Below, piece by piece: positions 48,401 through 61,278 of a stretch of DNA of 64,000 nt (within the stretch, counting starts at the first letter, position 1; every line of letters starts with the position of its first letter). Source of the stretch: Phoronis australis (Eukaryota > Animalia > Phoronida); contig NMRA01000282.1 of the NCBI GenBank assembly GCA_002633005.1, positions 395,748 to 459,747 on the forward strand. Reading direction: 5' to 3'. The notes beneath the pieces were generated by a model, which worked only from the letters and a program-made list of their open reading frames with translations, ran no database searches and was not told the origin of the DNA. Made by a program: the position numbers and the translations under genes.

Positions 48401-51400
48401 TTTTGGCAATTATTTTTGTGCATGAGTTGATGAACATGCAAATATAGCAACAATGTATTTTGCCAATTTCTTGGTGTCAGCAACTATTGGCAGCTCAATT
48501 TAATACAAGTGTGTAGCATTTTAACGATCAATAACATAATAATTAAGATATGAGATCATGGCTAGTACATTTGCATGTGAAGAAGCAGGACATGTCTAGC
48601 ATTGTACGTTAAAACACCTTAGAATGAATAAGGTGCTGTGCAATTTCAGGACAGGCTTGGACAAAAAATACTGTGGTGATGTATGTGGCATGCTATGTCA
48701 CATTTAAGGTGAAAGTTTCATAACTCTGTACATCAGCCACTAGGATTTATGGCTCAGGACCCACTGGGAACATTTTATAAAGAACCACACAACTGGAGTC
48801 TCAGCTGAAACAGTTCATCTCTGATGCACACCACATCTGAACCTGGTTGCTGAAAGTGGTCAAGTTGAGTGCCAATCATAGTTTTCAGAAGAAAATGCAT
48901 GCCCAGGGCCTATGATCTGCATGTTTTTTGTCACAGCCTGTAATCGAAGTACATCAGATGAAGTATCACGTATGGCTAGTAAAGTATACCACAGTTTTCA
49001 CAAAAAATTCGGACAGCTTTTAATTCCCACAAGAAGGAGTATTTGTATTCAAAGATAAAAAATATCATCAGCTTGAGCAAACAGACATAACATCTGATCA
49101 AAAATCAAGTGAAAATCATTATTGAACATTGAAGGACTTTTGTAAGGGTCTCTTTAAGTTCATGTAAGAATCATGTTGAAAATCCAATTAATTCTTTTGT
49201 ACAAATGTTTGTAAGTGTATTCTATCACGCAGGCCATCCCCTGCTCGGCAAATAGCATCCCACAGCTTCTGGTGTTTTTAATACTTGACTGGTTTTCAAC
49301 TCTTGACTATGTTTGTGCACAAAAATCCTAATGCACCATGTATGCTCGAGTGGGCACATTGTGGATTTTTTTCTTTTCACTGCCTTTGTAAGATAATACC
49401 TCTCTAGATAACTGCATACAAGCAATCAAGACAACCCCTTGGTATCAGTTGAATTAGTTTATCCATGCAAAATGCAGATTGTGTAAAACAAAACAAGAAA
49501 CATTTGAAACCAGTGCTTTACAGTGATAGGCAATAAGATATTGTGCACTGTTGGCATTTGTGCCTGTGGATGGCATTACAACTTAGGTCATGATAGACAG
49601 CTCTGAGTAGCCAGCACTTCTACTAGGGAAGGTCAAAATTTCTGAGGGCATCAAAATTCCAAAATTTCTATCAACACCTATTGCTTATTCACCAGTAAAA
49701 GTAGTTCCAATAAAAGCCCAGTAATAACTAACATTGTTTATGCTGCAACCTTAGCAGAACGTCCCAGGATAGAACCCTGGTGGGCATAGAAATAAATTGA
49801 GATAAAATGTTATTTTATCAACCAGACAACTAGTGCCAGATTTTTGCTTTGGGGACCCTGGCCGGGCAATTCTGCAACGGCAGTCCCAAGTTTTAAAAAA
49901 TTCAAAGCATTTATTATACAACTTTAACAGTAAAACTGTTACAATAGTTCATAATTATGCATAAATTCAAAAAATTTCTTGGGGGAGAAGTCCCAAATAC
50001 TCCATCTCCGACACTTTCCCTGCTTATGCCTAAGGTATCTCTGCCGTGTCTACAAGATTCGGTTAATTCCAAGTGCTTGAGTATCAAGTCAACTTTTTTT
50101 TTGTAAATCATGGGGAATATATGAGAGAGTCTATCTCTGCACACTTTAGAAATGAATTAAACATTTTTATCGTAAATATTGTGTAATTCCCTTAAAAATG
50201 CCTAATTGGGACACGTAACAATAACCTACAGGAAACTCGAAAAGCGGCTGTGTTTGCCATTTTTTATTGGGTAACTATGAATGAGACATTCCAAGGTCAA
50301 CAATTAATAACAACTTGAATAGTTCATTGGTTTCTGATTTACACAATAAACTGAAACTTCTAATTCAGATTTTAGTGACAATTAGCAATTAACCTTCAAA
50401 AACTAAAATTGACACTTCGGTAAACATCTGTCTAATGTCTGATCAAAAATAAATAGTGAGAAAATTCTACTCTGTTGTTAGCTTAGTTTGTAGCGCCTAG
50501 AATGATGTCATAAACCAGCATTAGAGTAGAGTTTATAATATTTATATTAAAATAATAAGTTTTTGAAAATAAAAAACAACAATTTTGGCAATTGTTTTTG
50601 TGCAAAATAGGTGAAGAATTACCACACAATAGATGATTTTTCAAAATCTGAAATTACTGGGTTTTAAAAAATGGCGTTTTAATAAGTTTTGACTTTGGTT
50701 AATGACATCTGATCAACTTTATAGCATTCTTCCCAGATATGCCTAGATGGCAAACAAGGGAGACCAAAATTGACAATGTCAAGGGGTGGGAGACATAAGT
50801 GGCAACAGCAGGGGTGAACTTAGAAATTTGAGAAAACTAGATGGCGAAAAACATTGGCAGCTTGTCAGGCAGCAGTGTTCCGCAGTTGTATTTGTTTGTG
50901 CTCCCTATAATTTTTCCTTCCCACAGGCTTTGTTCGTAGCAGCTTTAAATTCCATCAGCACGCCTGTAAAAATCATATAGTGGTCACAGCTTATTAAAAG
51001 TGTTGTCTACAAGAGGTGCTGCTAAAATAACCAAACTTCCACCAATTTCAGACAAAAATAATTACCAAAATTGTCTTCATTTTTCAAGGGCTTCTAACCT
51101 AGTGGTGAGTACCCACTATTTTCCAAAATATTTTCTGATGGTTGCCTTTTTCAGGCATTAATTCGGATCTACATACCTTTCATAGAAAAATGAGAAAGTA
51201 AAATTTCACCTGTTGGCTATTTTGTGTACTAAACAGGTGATTCTACCATATGGACTCATTTCCACGCACATTCTTCTGCCATTTTATATTGAAACAATTC
51301 TCAACAAATTAATGATGTTGGGATAGCCTAAGATGACGATCTCCAGACAGTCTCTTCTCCTAATGGTCCCAAAACATTTCATTGAAGATCGTTTTGTTCT

Positions 51401-51495
51401 AAACTGAAGATGTTTGAAACAAAATCAGATGTCATTTCAATGTTCACTCTTTTCCCAGACTTGACCGGGAGCTGTAACAACGTCCACCAGGCACC

Positions 51496-51747
51496 ATGGA
51501 TATTTTCTACATCGTTGCAATAGCTCTTATTAGTATACTGTTGACCATAGGATGTGCGGCGTGGACTAGACCTTGTTACAACAGGCTGAGAGCACAAAGT
51601 CAACGGAGACACGTGGTAATGCAAGAGGCAAACGGTGAAGAAAGAGAAACAAACCCAGTGCCTCACCGAGGACTGTTCGGAATGCCGTACTGGGACTTAC
51701 AAAAAACTTCAGCCGGACAAATAACGGCAGTGGACATACTGGTGTGA
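51496..51747 (+). CDS. Small integral membrane protein, 83 aa (type III-like)
   Basis: Acceptor ctcttttcccag at 51459 and a strong Kozak context gcaccATGG. MDIFYIVAIALISILLTIGCAAW is TM plus Cys, followed by the basic TRPCYNRLRAQSQRR. Confidence 0.72.
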   Translation: MDIFYIVAIALISILLTIGCAAWTRPCYNRLRAQSQRRHVVMQEANGEERETNPVPHRGLFGMPYWDLQKTSAGQITAVDILV

Positions 51748-52947
51748 CGTTATCAGTGGCAACAGATGGAGGACAATACTTTCATAATACTCTTATTTTA
51801 CGGTAAATTCTCTCCAATTTCAGACAAAAATAATTCCCAAAATGCCATGGATGCCCATAATTTTCAAAACTTTACCTGACGGTAGTGCTGGTACAAAACT
51901 TAAATACGTAAGTAAAAAATTTAATCTGGTACTGTATATGCTGCATGGAAATAATGATGAGATAAAAGCCAAATGATAATTTGAAGAATACCATAATAAT
52001 ATCAGATGCTCAAGATTTCATCTTGTAATTGAAATCACACTTTTGTTATCAAGGTAATAGGACTTTTTGCCAAATTTTAGCACAAGGACATGGTCACGTG
52101 ACAAAGTTAATGACACCTTGGTATAAAGTCCAACATTCTACAGGCTTTCTGCTTTCAGAAAATATATAATTTTATTGAGTTGAACTCTCCTCTTTCACAG
52201 AAGAAAAATGTATAGCACGACTGACATATTTCCAAATATCAGTAACAATATCATCCAGCACTGGTATTTGCCCTTTTTGCAAATTTGCGGGCCAAAATGT
52301 TAATTGCAATGATAAAAATTTGCCAGTATTACAAATGATGAGTTTCATTTGCTTGTGAAGGAGCAGGGCAAGTGCTTGACACACATGTTGCATTGTGGGT
52401 AAACCACTTAGAATGACAGTGGTGCTCTGCTACTTCAGGAAATTTTACAGTTTAAGTCGTAAAGCCTTGGGGTGCCATCGAGAGTGTGCAGGAAATAAAA
52501 CGGATTTCAACCTCAGGGAAAATTTTGATCGTTTGAGTGGAATTTCAGTGTATGATGATGGAAATCATGGGAGTTTCAATTTAATTGTTCAACAGGGAAT
52601 GAGGCTCATTACCAGCTTCAAAATCGGGGCTTCTAGGCCCACGTTACATTACATTTTGGAATCTAATGTGTGAAATATGTACAGGTAAATACTAATTGTA
52701 AAATCAATTGACGAAAAAAATGTATGATTATGACTTATATATTAAGCCTAGATCATTTGAGTGTAATAATGGTATTGTGGACTCTCTCAGACTCTTCCTT
52801 CGCTCGAATAATATCTGTAATTATACGTCGGCTGAATTTTGTCTTCTGAGACTCCTGACCAGAGCATTTTAATTTAATTTTAATTTGTCTATTGTCAGTT
52901 TGAGGTGGTCATATCATAAATATACAACATTGGTGACGGTTTTGTTG

Positions 52948-53344
52948 CGCATGAACTTGGAATCTAGCCTAATCTCAAGATCGCATATGCGTGAACTTGG
53001 AATTGAACATTCATTTAGGCAAACAGATGACATTTTTTGTTCAATGTAAAGAATTTTTATAACTATTGGCCTCATGATCAACCATTTTCTCATTTAGCAT
53101 AACTTTTGTCAAAGAATCAGAGGAATATGTGAACGGTTAAAATCAATTGTTTAGTGAATAACAACGCCAAAATGATTGGTCAAATTTTATGCTCAACTTT
53201 ATTTAAATGTAATTTGATTTAGTGCAGTGCAAATTATTATCAACGTGAACTTAATTATGTGAGTGAACTTGTCAAGTTTTCTCATTGTATTCCAAGTTCA
53301 CGCATACCCAATCTTGAGATTAAGCAGATTCCAAGTTCACGCAC
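52948..53344. mobile_element. MITE / long inverted repeat
   Basis: gcgcatgaacttggaatct...aatctcaagat...atgcgtgaacttggaat (52948-53003) is the imperfect reverse complement of attccaagttcacgcat...atcttgagatt...attccaagttcacgc (53289-53342). Confidence 0.7.
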
Positions 53345-56300
53345 AGCAGTTTCATGGTTTTGCCTGTTAGTGCTTACTTGCACTTGCATTGACTGGTAAT
53401 TAGTTTAAGCTACAGAGTACTAAAACATGTTCTACTGCCAATGAGAAGTGCTATCAAAGTGATATTAATAGCGAGAAAAGCAGTTTATGTGATCAGTCAC
53501 AATGTGGAAAGAAACCCAAAACTCAGTGGTCGCAACACAAGTTTTTGTTGTTGGAGCCAAACCCACCAGTCCACATAAATAGCTGCCAATTTGTATGAAG
53601 TCACTGGCTTTGACTTCAGTGAATGAATGATTCTGCTCATTTGTTAGTCAACCTGATGAAACAAGAAGCACAAAATGTTTTACCTATTTGTTTTAAGTGC
53701 TTTGCTTGATGCTGTGCAATTTTTTTAAAGGGACACCATCGGCTTTTAGGCACTGTAAAAATACTTCAGTTTGGGAAAATTGATGCTATGGTAATCCCAA
53801 AAATTGGTTCTGGTCTTTTTTTGTAAATTCATGCAGTGATGTAGTATTTTTAGTTTTCTTCATTTTGAAAAAGTTGCCCACTGCCAATGAGTTGACAGTC
53901 CTCATTTTTACCCGGCACCACCTGGTGTCAACTTTGACGTGCAGGTTCTAAAATATGTCTGGTGCAGACCAGAGTCAATAAGTTTTTGGCCAAAAATTAA
54001 TTTTTTTAGTCTTACAACATCGCTGCAAATGATCAAATTTTTACCAAATGTTGCTCGATGATGGCTGAACTATACAAAGCATGCTTAAAGCATCGCAATC
54101 TTTGCTGAATAGTTACTGAATCGTTCAGAAATTTTGATGGACTTAAATTTCAATTGTCCACCATACTGCGTCCCAAACTAAAGAATTTTTACAGCAATTC
54201 TCTCGTCAGGTTTAAGCTGATGACCAAGCTGATGACCATGTTTCATTCAATTATGCATGAACTTTGAACTTCTATTGTTAATAAAATATTTATTTAAGTG
54301 TTTATATCACTTGCAACTCTTCTACATCAACAGTAAAGCTCAAACAGTGAATATTTCACCACAAAGTTTGGCTTTGGTTGACAAACTGGTAACAGTCGGA
54401 TGGGATAGTTCATGATTGGATAACCTGTTGTTCAGTAGAAATAAGTAGTTCGCTTTCACTACATACCCAGAATCCAGGGCTGTGCATCTGACTTTTGCAG
54501 ACAGAACTGTCAAGCAAGAACATGGGCCGAGTTCTGTATTTTTTAAAAAACAGAGAACAATTGTACTAGTGTGTTATGAATCAACAGTGAAGGTGGAACC
54601 ACAGGCACATTTAATAAGCCACCTGTTGACACTTGTAAATGTAAAGCAGATGAGAGTGCCTGGGGTAGAACATTCTAAATTTCTTTGAAAACAGTTGCTC
54701 GTAAAAATTGCAAGCAACGCTAGTAGCACTGGATCTGACAGGTGCTCCTTTGCTACTGCACTGACACCTGGTGCCGTATCACCGGTATTGTGCTCCACTC
54801 CCACTCTGCTACTACACTGACACTGCCTGGTGCCGTGTCACTGGCACTGTGCTCCAGCCACAGGCACCCTGAATCACCCGCTCGTATGACACTATAATAA
54901 ATGGAAGGTATACAAGGGCATTCCAATATGGACAACCAGCAGGCGAGCTCATGAAAGATTACAGATTAAAATTAACGGGACAGCTATAAATAAGCATCAA
55001 ATGGGTAATTAAAGCTATCCATGTATTAACTTTATGTTCATTTAGAAAACACACAAGCATTAGAGACAAACAGATGCATATGATACACAAGCAATATGCC
55101 TCAAAGTCCTCCGCTCACTCACTGATTAAAGCAAGATTGTATCGAATGAAAAGAAAATTAGTAAAACAGATGGCGCCACGTTCAGGTTAAGGTCACAAAA
55201 GTAATATTGGAACATGCTCCGTCCAGAAACAGGTGTACATCACAATGTTCTTGACTCAAATGAACATGCTCTTGATATCATAACTATTACATTTCGGTTT
55301 CATTTACAGAGTGTGTGTTCAACACTGCATGGCAAGCCAACCTGAATAAAACACCCCAATTCGTGTCTCTGCCAAATGAACAGTACAAAACTTTCCACCA
55401 ATCAGCAGCTGTGCCACTTTGTTTTTTTCACTTGGTGCGAGGCTATTTTGAGCATGCGCATTGGAGCACAGTTTGCGGTGCCCATCGTTAATCGGTTAGT
55501 GAACTGTGGAATATTGCCTGCATCAGATTGTTCCATTTGTCCTAAATGGTTATGTCTGCACTAAATGAACATGATGTTAAGCATCCCTATTACCAATTTG
55601 AAGTGTACTTTTAACTGCCTAGCAAAAACTCGCCTACTCGTCGGTCATATTGAATCGCTCTTGTATACGTACCTTCTATATATTATAATCCATAACAGCG
55701 AGGGGGTTAATTATTTACAATATGATGACAATGACCTACACACACGAGTTTAGTGTCATTCAATTCCGCCTATTGTTCTCATTCCAAAAATATATGAATG
55801 CGTCTCTTACTGTATTTCTTGTGCATTCATATCAAGATTACAGCGACACCTGTTGCTAATAAATAAAACAAAATCATCGATTGTGATTCCCCCTAAAAAT
55901 AACACGCAGCAACAATGGGCAGCATTTCATTCTTATCCATAATTTTGAGTATTTGACCCCTTTTCCATAAAATTCTTTGAAGTGATACCTTTTATCTTGA
56001 AATGCGATGATCTGCATAAGTCGGTAGATTTAGTCCAGTTTTTGACCGCCAGGGGACACCCTCCATTCAACATGGCGGTAATGCTACCAAGTATCGGGAA
56101 ATATACTGTGAGAAGAAATTTCATGATAAAATGCTAAGGGAACGGGATAAGAAAAAAATTCTGTGTATTTTGGAAAGATAACTATGCAAGGAATTGAACA
56201 ATACCAAAATCATATGTGTAAGTCAGTGTCGTCATATCGTAAACAATTGCCGAGATCTAAAAGCCATGAAGCACCTGTTCCGTGGAAGAGGGAGTAGTGT

Positions 56301-56382
56301 TGTGAAACGTTTCATCTGGTTGTGACGACATGTACAGTCAAATAAAGCCTCTCTAAGGCGCTTGCCAAGTGGAAATTTCCTC

Positions 56383-56440
56383 TTGGCCGAATTTGACTGA
56401 CCGTCGCTCGTGCAACCGGGGTTCAAGTCCCGCCGGAGAC
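56383..56440 (+). mobile_element. Possible tRNA-derived SINE head
   Basis: A-box-like tggccgaatttg and B-box ggttcaagtccc with a T-arm-like stem. No complete cloverleaf. Confidence 0.3.
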
Positions 56441-57323
56441 ACTGAAATTTTCTACACAGTCACAGTGCACCTGCACGTGTGGAAACTTACTTATGGCCGG
56501 TAAAAGTCTAGTTGCCGGGTCCCTATTCAGACCCCATTCAATCCTTCATATCTCCAACAAAAATGGTCACACATGGATGATATATACCTCAATCGATTCG
56601 TAATTGTTCACTCTTTACTCCCGTGCTAAAATTGTTTCGATTTAAGCTTTCACTTTCCAAAAATTCAACGCCAAACTTTGCATACGTTAGAGAGCAGAAA
56701 ATCCCCGTTTTTTCACGGAAGTCATTGAAATTCAGGTGCTATGACAAGGACACCTAGCGTCGACATTCGCAAATACCGTACAAGTATGAATTTGTGCCCG
56801 TTTAGTCTTATACATCTGAAAAAAACGTTATGTTGGTTGGGACGGAAATTTAAAAAAGCCGAAGCGGTAAGGGACGAAACGTTATAAAATATACGTGCGC
56901 CGCATTCATAGGATAGTCGTATCAGGGGGCAGGGGGTAATTGCCCACCCATTTGGGGGCAAAAAATGTGACATATGCAGTCAGGTTATATGGCCCAGAAT
57001 TTAAGTGGAACACAACTTTTTCCGCTCCTCTTTTCAAAACTACATAAACGCTCTCCACAAAAAGCATGGTCATCTGGGCTAGACTGTAATCAGCTGATGG
57101 TATCCTCGTGAGCGAAGACAATTATCTTCGCTTGTGACTCGATGAATAGAGCAGCTATGCGTGTTCCCTTTGATCGTGTGCTGAGCGCGACACAGCCAAG
57201 GTGGTCTAGTTCATCCTGTCAGACCTCAAAACTATCAGTTGCCCCCCCCCCATAGCAAAGCCCAAATACGCTGGGCTGCATTTTATCTCCCATGATCTGC
57301 ATTGTAGAAACCATCTACATGAG

Positions 57324-57555
57324 CAGTGGCGTACGTAGCGAGGGTGCGGCATGGCCGGAGCACTTAATTTTGTTCCCCGGCCGGCCGCCAGCAAAGCAGG
57401 GACGTCAGGTGCACCCAGAAGGCAAATAGGTGGCCATCGGGGGTGGGCACCAAGTATGTGGTATGGGAGGAGCGCCTCTTTGATGGCAAGGGGGCAGGGA
57501 TTCAGACTCCATGGTGGCGTTTTCTGCCCCCGGTGCTGGTAATCCTACGACACTG
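57324..57555. mobile_element. GC-rich hAT-type MITE
   Basis: CAGTGGCGTA ... TACGACACTG TIRs, with a degenerate 8-bp TSD (tacatgag / cagatgag). Confidence 0.6.
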
Positions 57556-57701
57556 CAGATGAGATCTGCAGGCATCCTTTCTACTACAGGGAATGGCAGT
57601 GTAGGGAAGTTCATTACTTTTATATTATAGGCCCAATTAAGGGCCCGATTTTTTTGTTTTTTAATTTTTTATTTTTATTTTTTTTGATATATTTTCTGAT
57701 T

Positions 57702-58610
57702 TCATGGCGTCTGGTATTGTGGCCACTGAGACAGATGACTGAGGATGTTAGTAAATGCGTCCGCCGCTGTTCTTCCGTACCTCTCCCGCCACATTTGTTC
57801 GTCAAGATATCCCGGTAGACTATTGTCGATCACGCCAGACATGGCCTTGAACCGCTGTTTGATGTGTCTCCAGTAGTTTTCCACATTCTGTGTGTGGACA
57901 CCAGTGACAGGATCGACAAAGTTAACGAAGTGGTTGACTGTGTGGTGCTGGTATGGCGGCACGACGGGAACGTTGGCGATCCTCTGGTAGGCACCCCACT
58001 GATCGCTATGAATTATAGAACCTGGAGCGATCCAGCGTCTTACAAGCGGGAGAAGCGTTCTGGCATTCCGACGGTGCACGAGTTGGATGCGCCCCAATCG
58101 CTGAGCCGGACAGTAGGCGCCGAATACCCATCTCTCGGGGACGAGTCGTCTCTGATTGTATTTCCGCCTCGAAATCACTGACTCGTCAATTTCAACGACG
58201 ATCCCTGGGCCACCCAGTCGCTGTATCGCGGGTCCATGCAGCAGATACCAGGAGCATATGTCTCTGATATATGTGAACCACTGCATAACGGTGCATTTGC
58301 TGATATTCAGCATCTCCACCACGTGCCCAATCTTTAATTTGTACGACCACAGCCAAAACAACTGAACTAAGGTACCCAGTGGTAGGTGTGAACGCTCGAA
58401 ATAGGAGCCAGATCGTATGGACACCTTGTGTCCCTTGTGTCGGGGACACCTCCAGACCGTACTTCCCTCCTTCTTCACCTCTGTCATTTGGCCCACACAC
58501 GTCACACAGAGAGGGGGTTGGCGGCGAAGTAGCCTGTGCTGGCGTAGAAAAGCCACAGTAGATTCGTGTGAATGAGTCGCGGCGACAATCTCTTGAAACG
58601 ACATGATCAA
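57702..58610 (-). CDS. Merlin / IS1595 (ISXO2-like) DDE transposase, ~300 aa
   Basis: N-terminal Zn-ribbon (CVTC...WRCPRH), SIRSGSYFE and HTH region, VEIDES, WVFG, IIHSDQWGAY, HHTVNH..FVDPVTGVHTQNVENYW and YLDEQMWRERY are all hallmark motifs. ORF is uninterrupted, with AATAAA just downstream on the minus strand. Confidence 0.95.
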   Translation of the reverse strand: MIMSFQEIVAATHSHESTVAFLRQHRLLRRQPPLCVTCVGQMTEVKKEGSTVWRCPRHKGHKVSIRSGSYFERSHLPLGTLVQLFWLWSYKLKIGHVVEMLNISKCTVMQWFTYIRDICSWYLLHGPAIQRLGGPGIVVEIDESVISRRKYNQRRLVPERWVFGAYCPAQRLGRIQLVHRRNARTLLPLVRRWIAPGSIIHSDQWGAYQRIANVPVVPPYQHHTVNHFVNFVDPVTGVHTQNVENYWRHIKQRFKAMSGVIDNSLPGYLDEQMWRERYGRTAADAFTNILSHLSQWPQYQTP

Positions 58611-60358
58611 TAGAGAACTATGTGCATCAATGAGGTGTGCTAACCACTTTATGTAAGGATTTTGTTTTATTCCAGACGTGTCCTTGAATAATAAACACCA
58701 CGAATTCCATCACAATTTCGCCATTTTTAGGGGAGACCAAGGTGGGTACGTCCCCTTAGTTTCAGAAAGTAGTGGAAAATCCAGAAATTGCACAGATGTT
58801 CAGATTTTCTGTTGTAAAGAAATCATAGTCATGGAATTTTAATAATATAATTACTTGAAGAAATGTTTATTGATTCCTTAGTGATAGCCCTATCTCCCCT
58901 ACTGCTGGGTAAAATTAAAACGATTTTCGAAGTCCACCAATAGGTCAAGCCAGACCACAGAAACATTATAGGCCAATCTGTCAGCACGTACAGTCATTTG
59001 AATCTGTAGCTGTGTCTCTTGGATCTAGATAATGGCATGGGGACATATCAGGTAACTGAATTCCGTCAAAGTTACGTCATAACTAGCGTCTACAGTGTTG
59101 CACGAGTACATGCGTCTTGAATTTAACCTACCTCCCGACTTTCTTACGTTTCACGATTTCTTGCGGACGCTATACCTCCTTTATACCGGCATGTAGCTTA
59201 AAACCCGTGACACAAGGGATGATTTCGCGGTGCCTCCCAATGAACAAATAAAAGAGCTTTCATTTTCAGCCTACAATATACATTTTATAACAGTATGGCA
59301 CTTTTAGGTGTCAACATTACAAACGTCATCTGCGAGGGTTCGCCCCCTGCTTCTTTGCAGACCGGGTTGGTTCACAGACATTAGGTAATTAGCTACATTT
59401 TTCGTGTGGCAAACTTCAAGGAAACAACAAACTGTGGCTTTCTGTGTAAAATTGGCTAATCACGGGAAATCTTCAAATTCCATTCCTATAAGCCAAGTGG
59501 AATTCAAGTTGACGGAGTCTCTAAAAGACCATCAACCCGCACTATAACCAGTGTCGGAACCTGGACACAAGTGCAAAGGCAAATGCCGCATCATCCAGGT
59601 ACATGAGCGGGTATAGCTCCACTTTTTTCTCAGTGCTGCGCCGCTGTAGGCTGGCTCGTTCGGCTGACAGCGAATTTTTTTTGCTCTTGTCCAAAAGGGT
59701 GTGTTAAAGTCGCCTGTGCTAGCCTTTAATCGGTCTTCAGAGTATGGAACGCAGATAGTTGTGCAGTCTACTAAAACTATCACTGAGCCCCCGGAAAACA
59801 GGTTAAGGCCAAGACTGACCGTCCAATCATCGGCGAAAGTACGTTGGCCGTGTGGGGAGCACACTTGCTGGCGAACGCCAAGGAGTTGTGGGAGGTGAGG
59901 GCCCGACCAAAATTTATTTCCACGGGACCTTTACTCTCGTGATAGCCGGCGTGGAAACGACATGTTGGCGCCATTTTCTTTTTTGGTTTTGCCCGGAGGG
60001 CAGTCCCCCCCCNNNNNNNNCCCTCAGTCACCCACTGCATTAACGCCCTAACGTCTGATAAGCAACACTTACAACGGCTTCACACCGTGCAACACGCAAC
60101 AATACGGGTGTCTGTGATGTTTGTGTACTTGTCGACGTCATGACTGCCAGAGTAAAAGTCAATGTTACTTTTGGTACATAAGAAAACAATCTAACAGAAA
60201 TGTTCAGAAGTACTTCTAAGTTTATAAATTTTTTAATAAGTACTAGAATTTGATTGACTTTCCACTTACTTCTTCACTGGTCAACAAATAAAATATTACA
60301 TGATTGGCCAAGTTAATGTTTAGATCGCACCAGTCCTAATTCTTACAATTTTCCAAAA

Positions 60359-61278
60359 TTGGTCCACCGTTGTGACCTTATTAGCGCACACCGGACGTGG
60401 CGACTTACATTTTTGAAATCAGTTAGTAAGACGCTACTCAACAAAGAAAGATGTTTTGAAATTGTGGGAAAAAAATTAGGCGCGAAAAGGTCCAAAAATG
60501 ACTTTTTTCAACTTTAATCTCGCCCTGGGACCTTATTAATGATCCGATCGAACTAAAACTTGGTGTGTATTAGTTTCTCAACACTCCACGTCGATCTAAA
60601 AAAGAATTTTTGAAATTGGAGACAAAAATTTTTTTGGCCTAAAAAAAACCCTGGACTATGGCTTAGGTTTTTTTTGGGTCGAAAATTTTTTTGTCTCTGA
60701 TCTCAAAGTTTTTGTTTTTATTTGAAAGGCCAATCTTTCAAATGGTGAGCCCTCAAGTTTCAGCTTCATCGGCCCGCTAATTAAGGTCACAGTGGCCCCC
60801 CAAGTGACTCACCCAAGGGTCTTTTTTGGGACCAAAAATTTTTTTTTCGATTTCAAAAAATCTTTGTGCACCTGATAGCGCCCTGTCTCTTCTCTCTAGA
60901 AATGTAAGTGACGTTCTTTTCCCGGCCATAGTAAGGGCCCAGCAGGACCCCTAAATGATCTATCCCTTCACAATATCAGAAAAGTTGTTTCAAAATTACC
61001 TATAGTTTGTGAAGTCATAACCTGAGGACCAATGACCAGAAGACTACCTAAGTGACATATTCGTGAAGCACGGTGAAGTGCAAGTTTTCAAACACGTCTT
61101 TTTTGTTGGCCCCTATCTCGTTCGGGATAAAAGTTCAAGGTCAAAGTCACAGTCTTCCTCACTTTTCTAACTTTGGTCCACCGTTGTGACCTTATTAGCG
61201 CACACCGGACGTGGCGACTTACATTTTTGAAATCAGTTAGTAAGACGCTACTCAACAAAGAAAGATGTTTTGAAATCG
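60359..61278. repeat. ~105-bp near-identical direct repeat (60359-60463 and 61173-61277) within a Helentron-like repeat region
   Basis: ttggtccaccgttgtgaccttattagcgcacaccggacgtggcgac...gatgttttgaaat occurs twice. Surrounding DNA is rich in TGACCT/AGGTCA cores. Confidence 0.8.

Noticed and set aside
54730-54870. ~55-bp two-copy repeat with protein-like minus translation (EHxxxDTAPG)
   Set aside because: The copies are in different frames, with no splice or ORF support. Treated as a small local duplication.
56383-56460. Functional tRNA gene
   Set aside because: The B-box is present but acceptor and anticodon stems cannot be folded. Kept only as a low-confidence SINE head.
57864-58561. Several + strand and alternative-frame ORFs over the transposase
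   Set aside because: Shadows of the GC-rich transposase CDS, with no motifs of their own.
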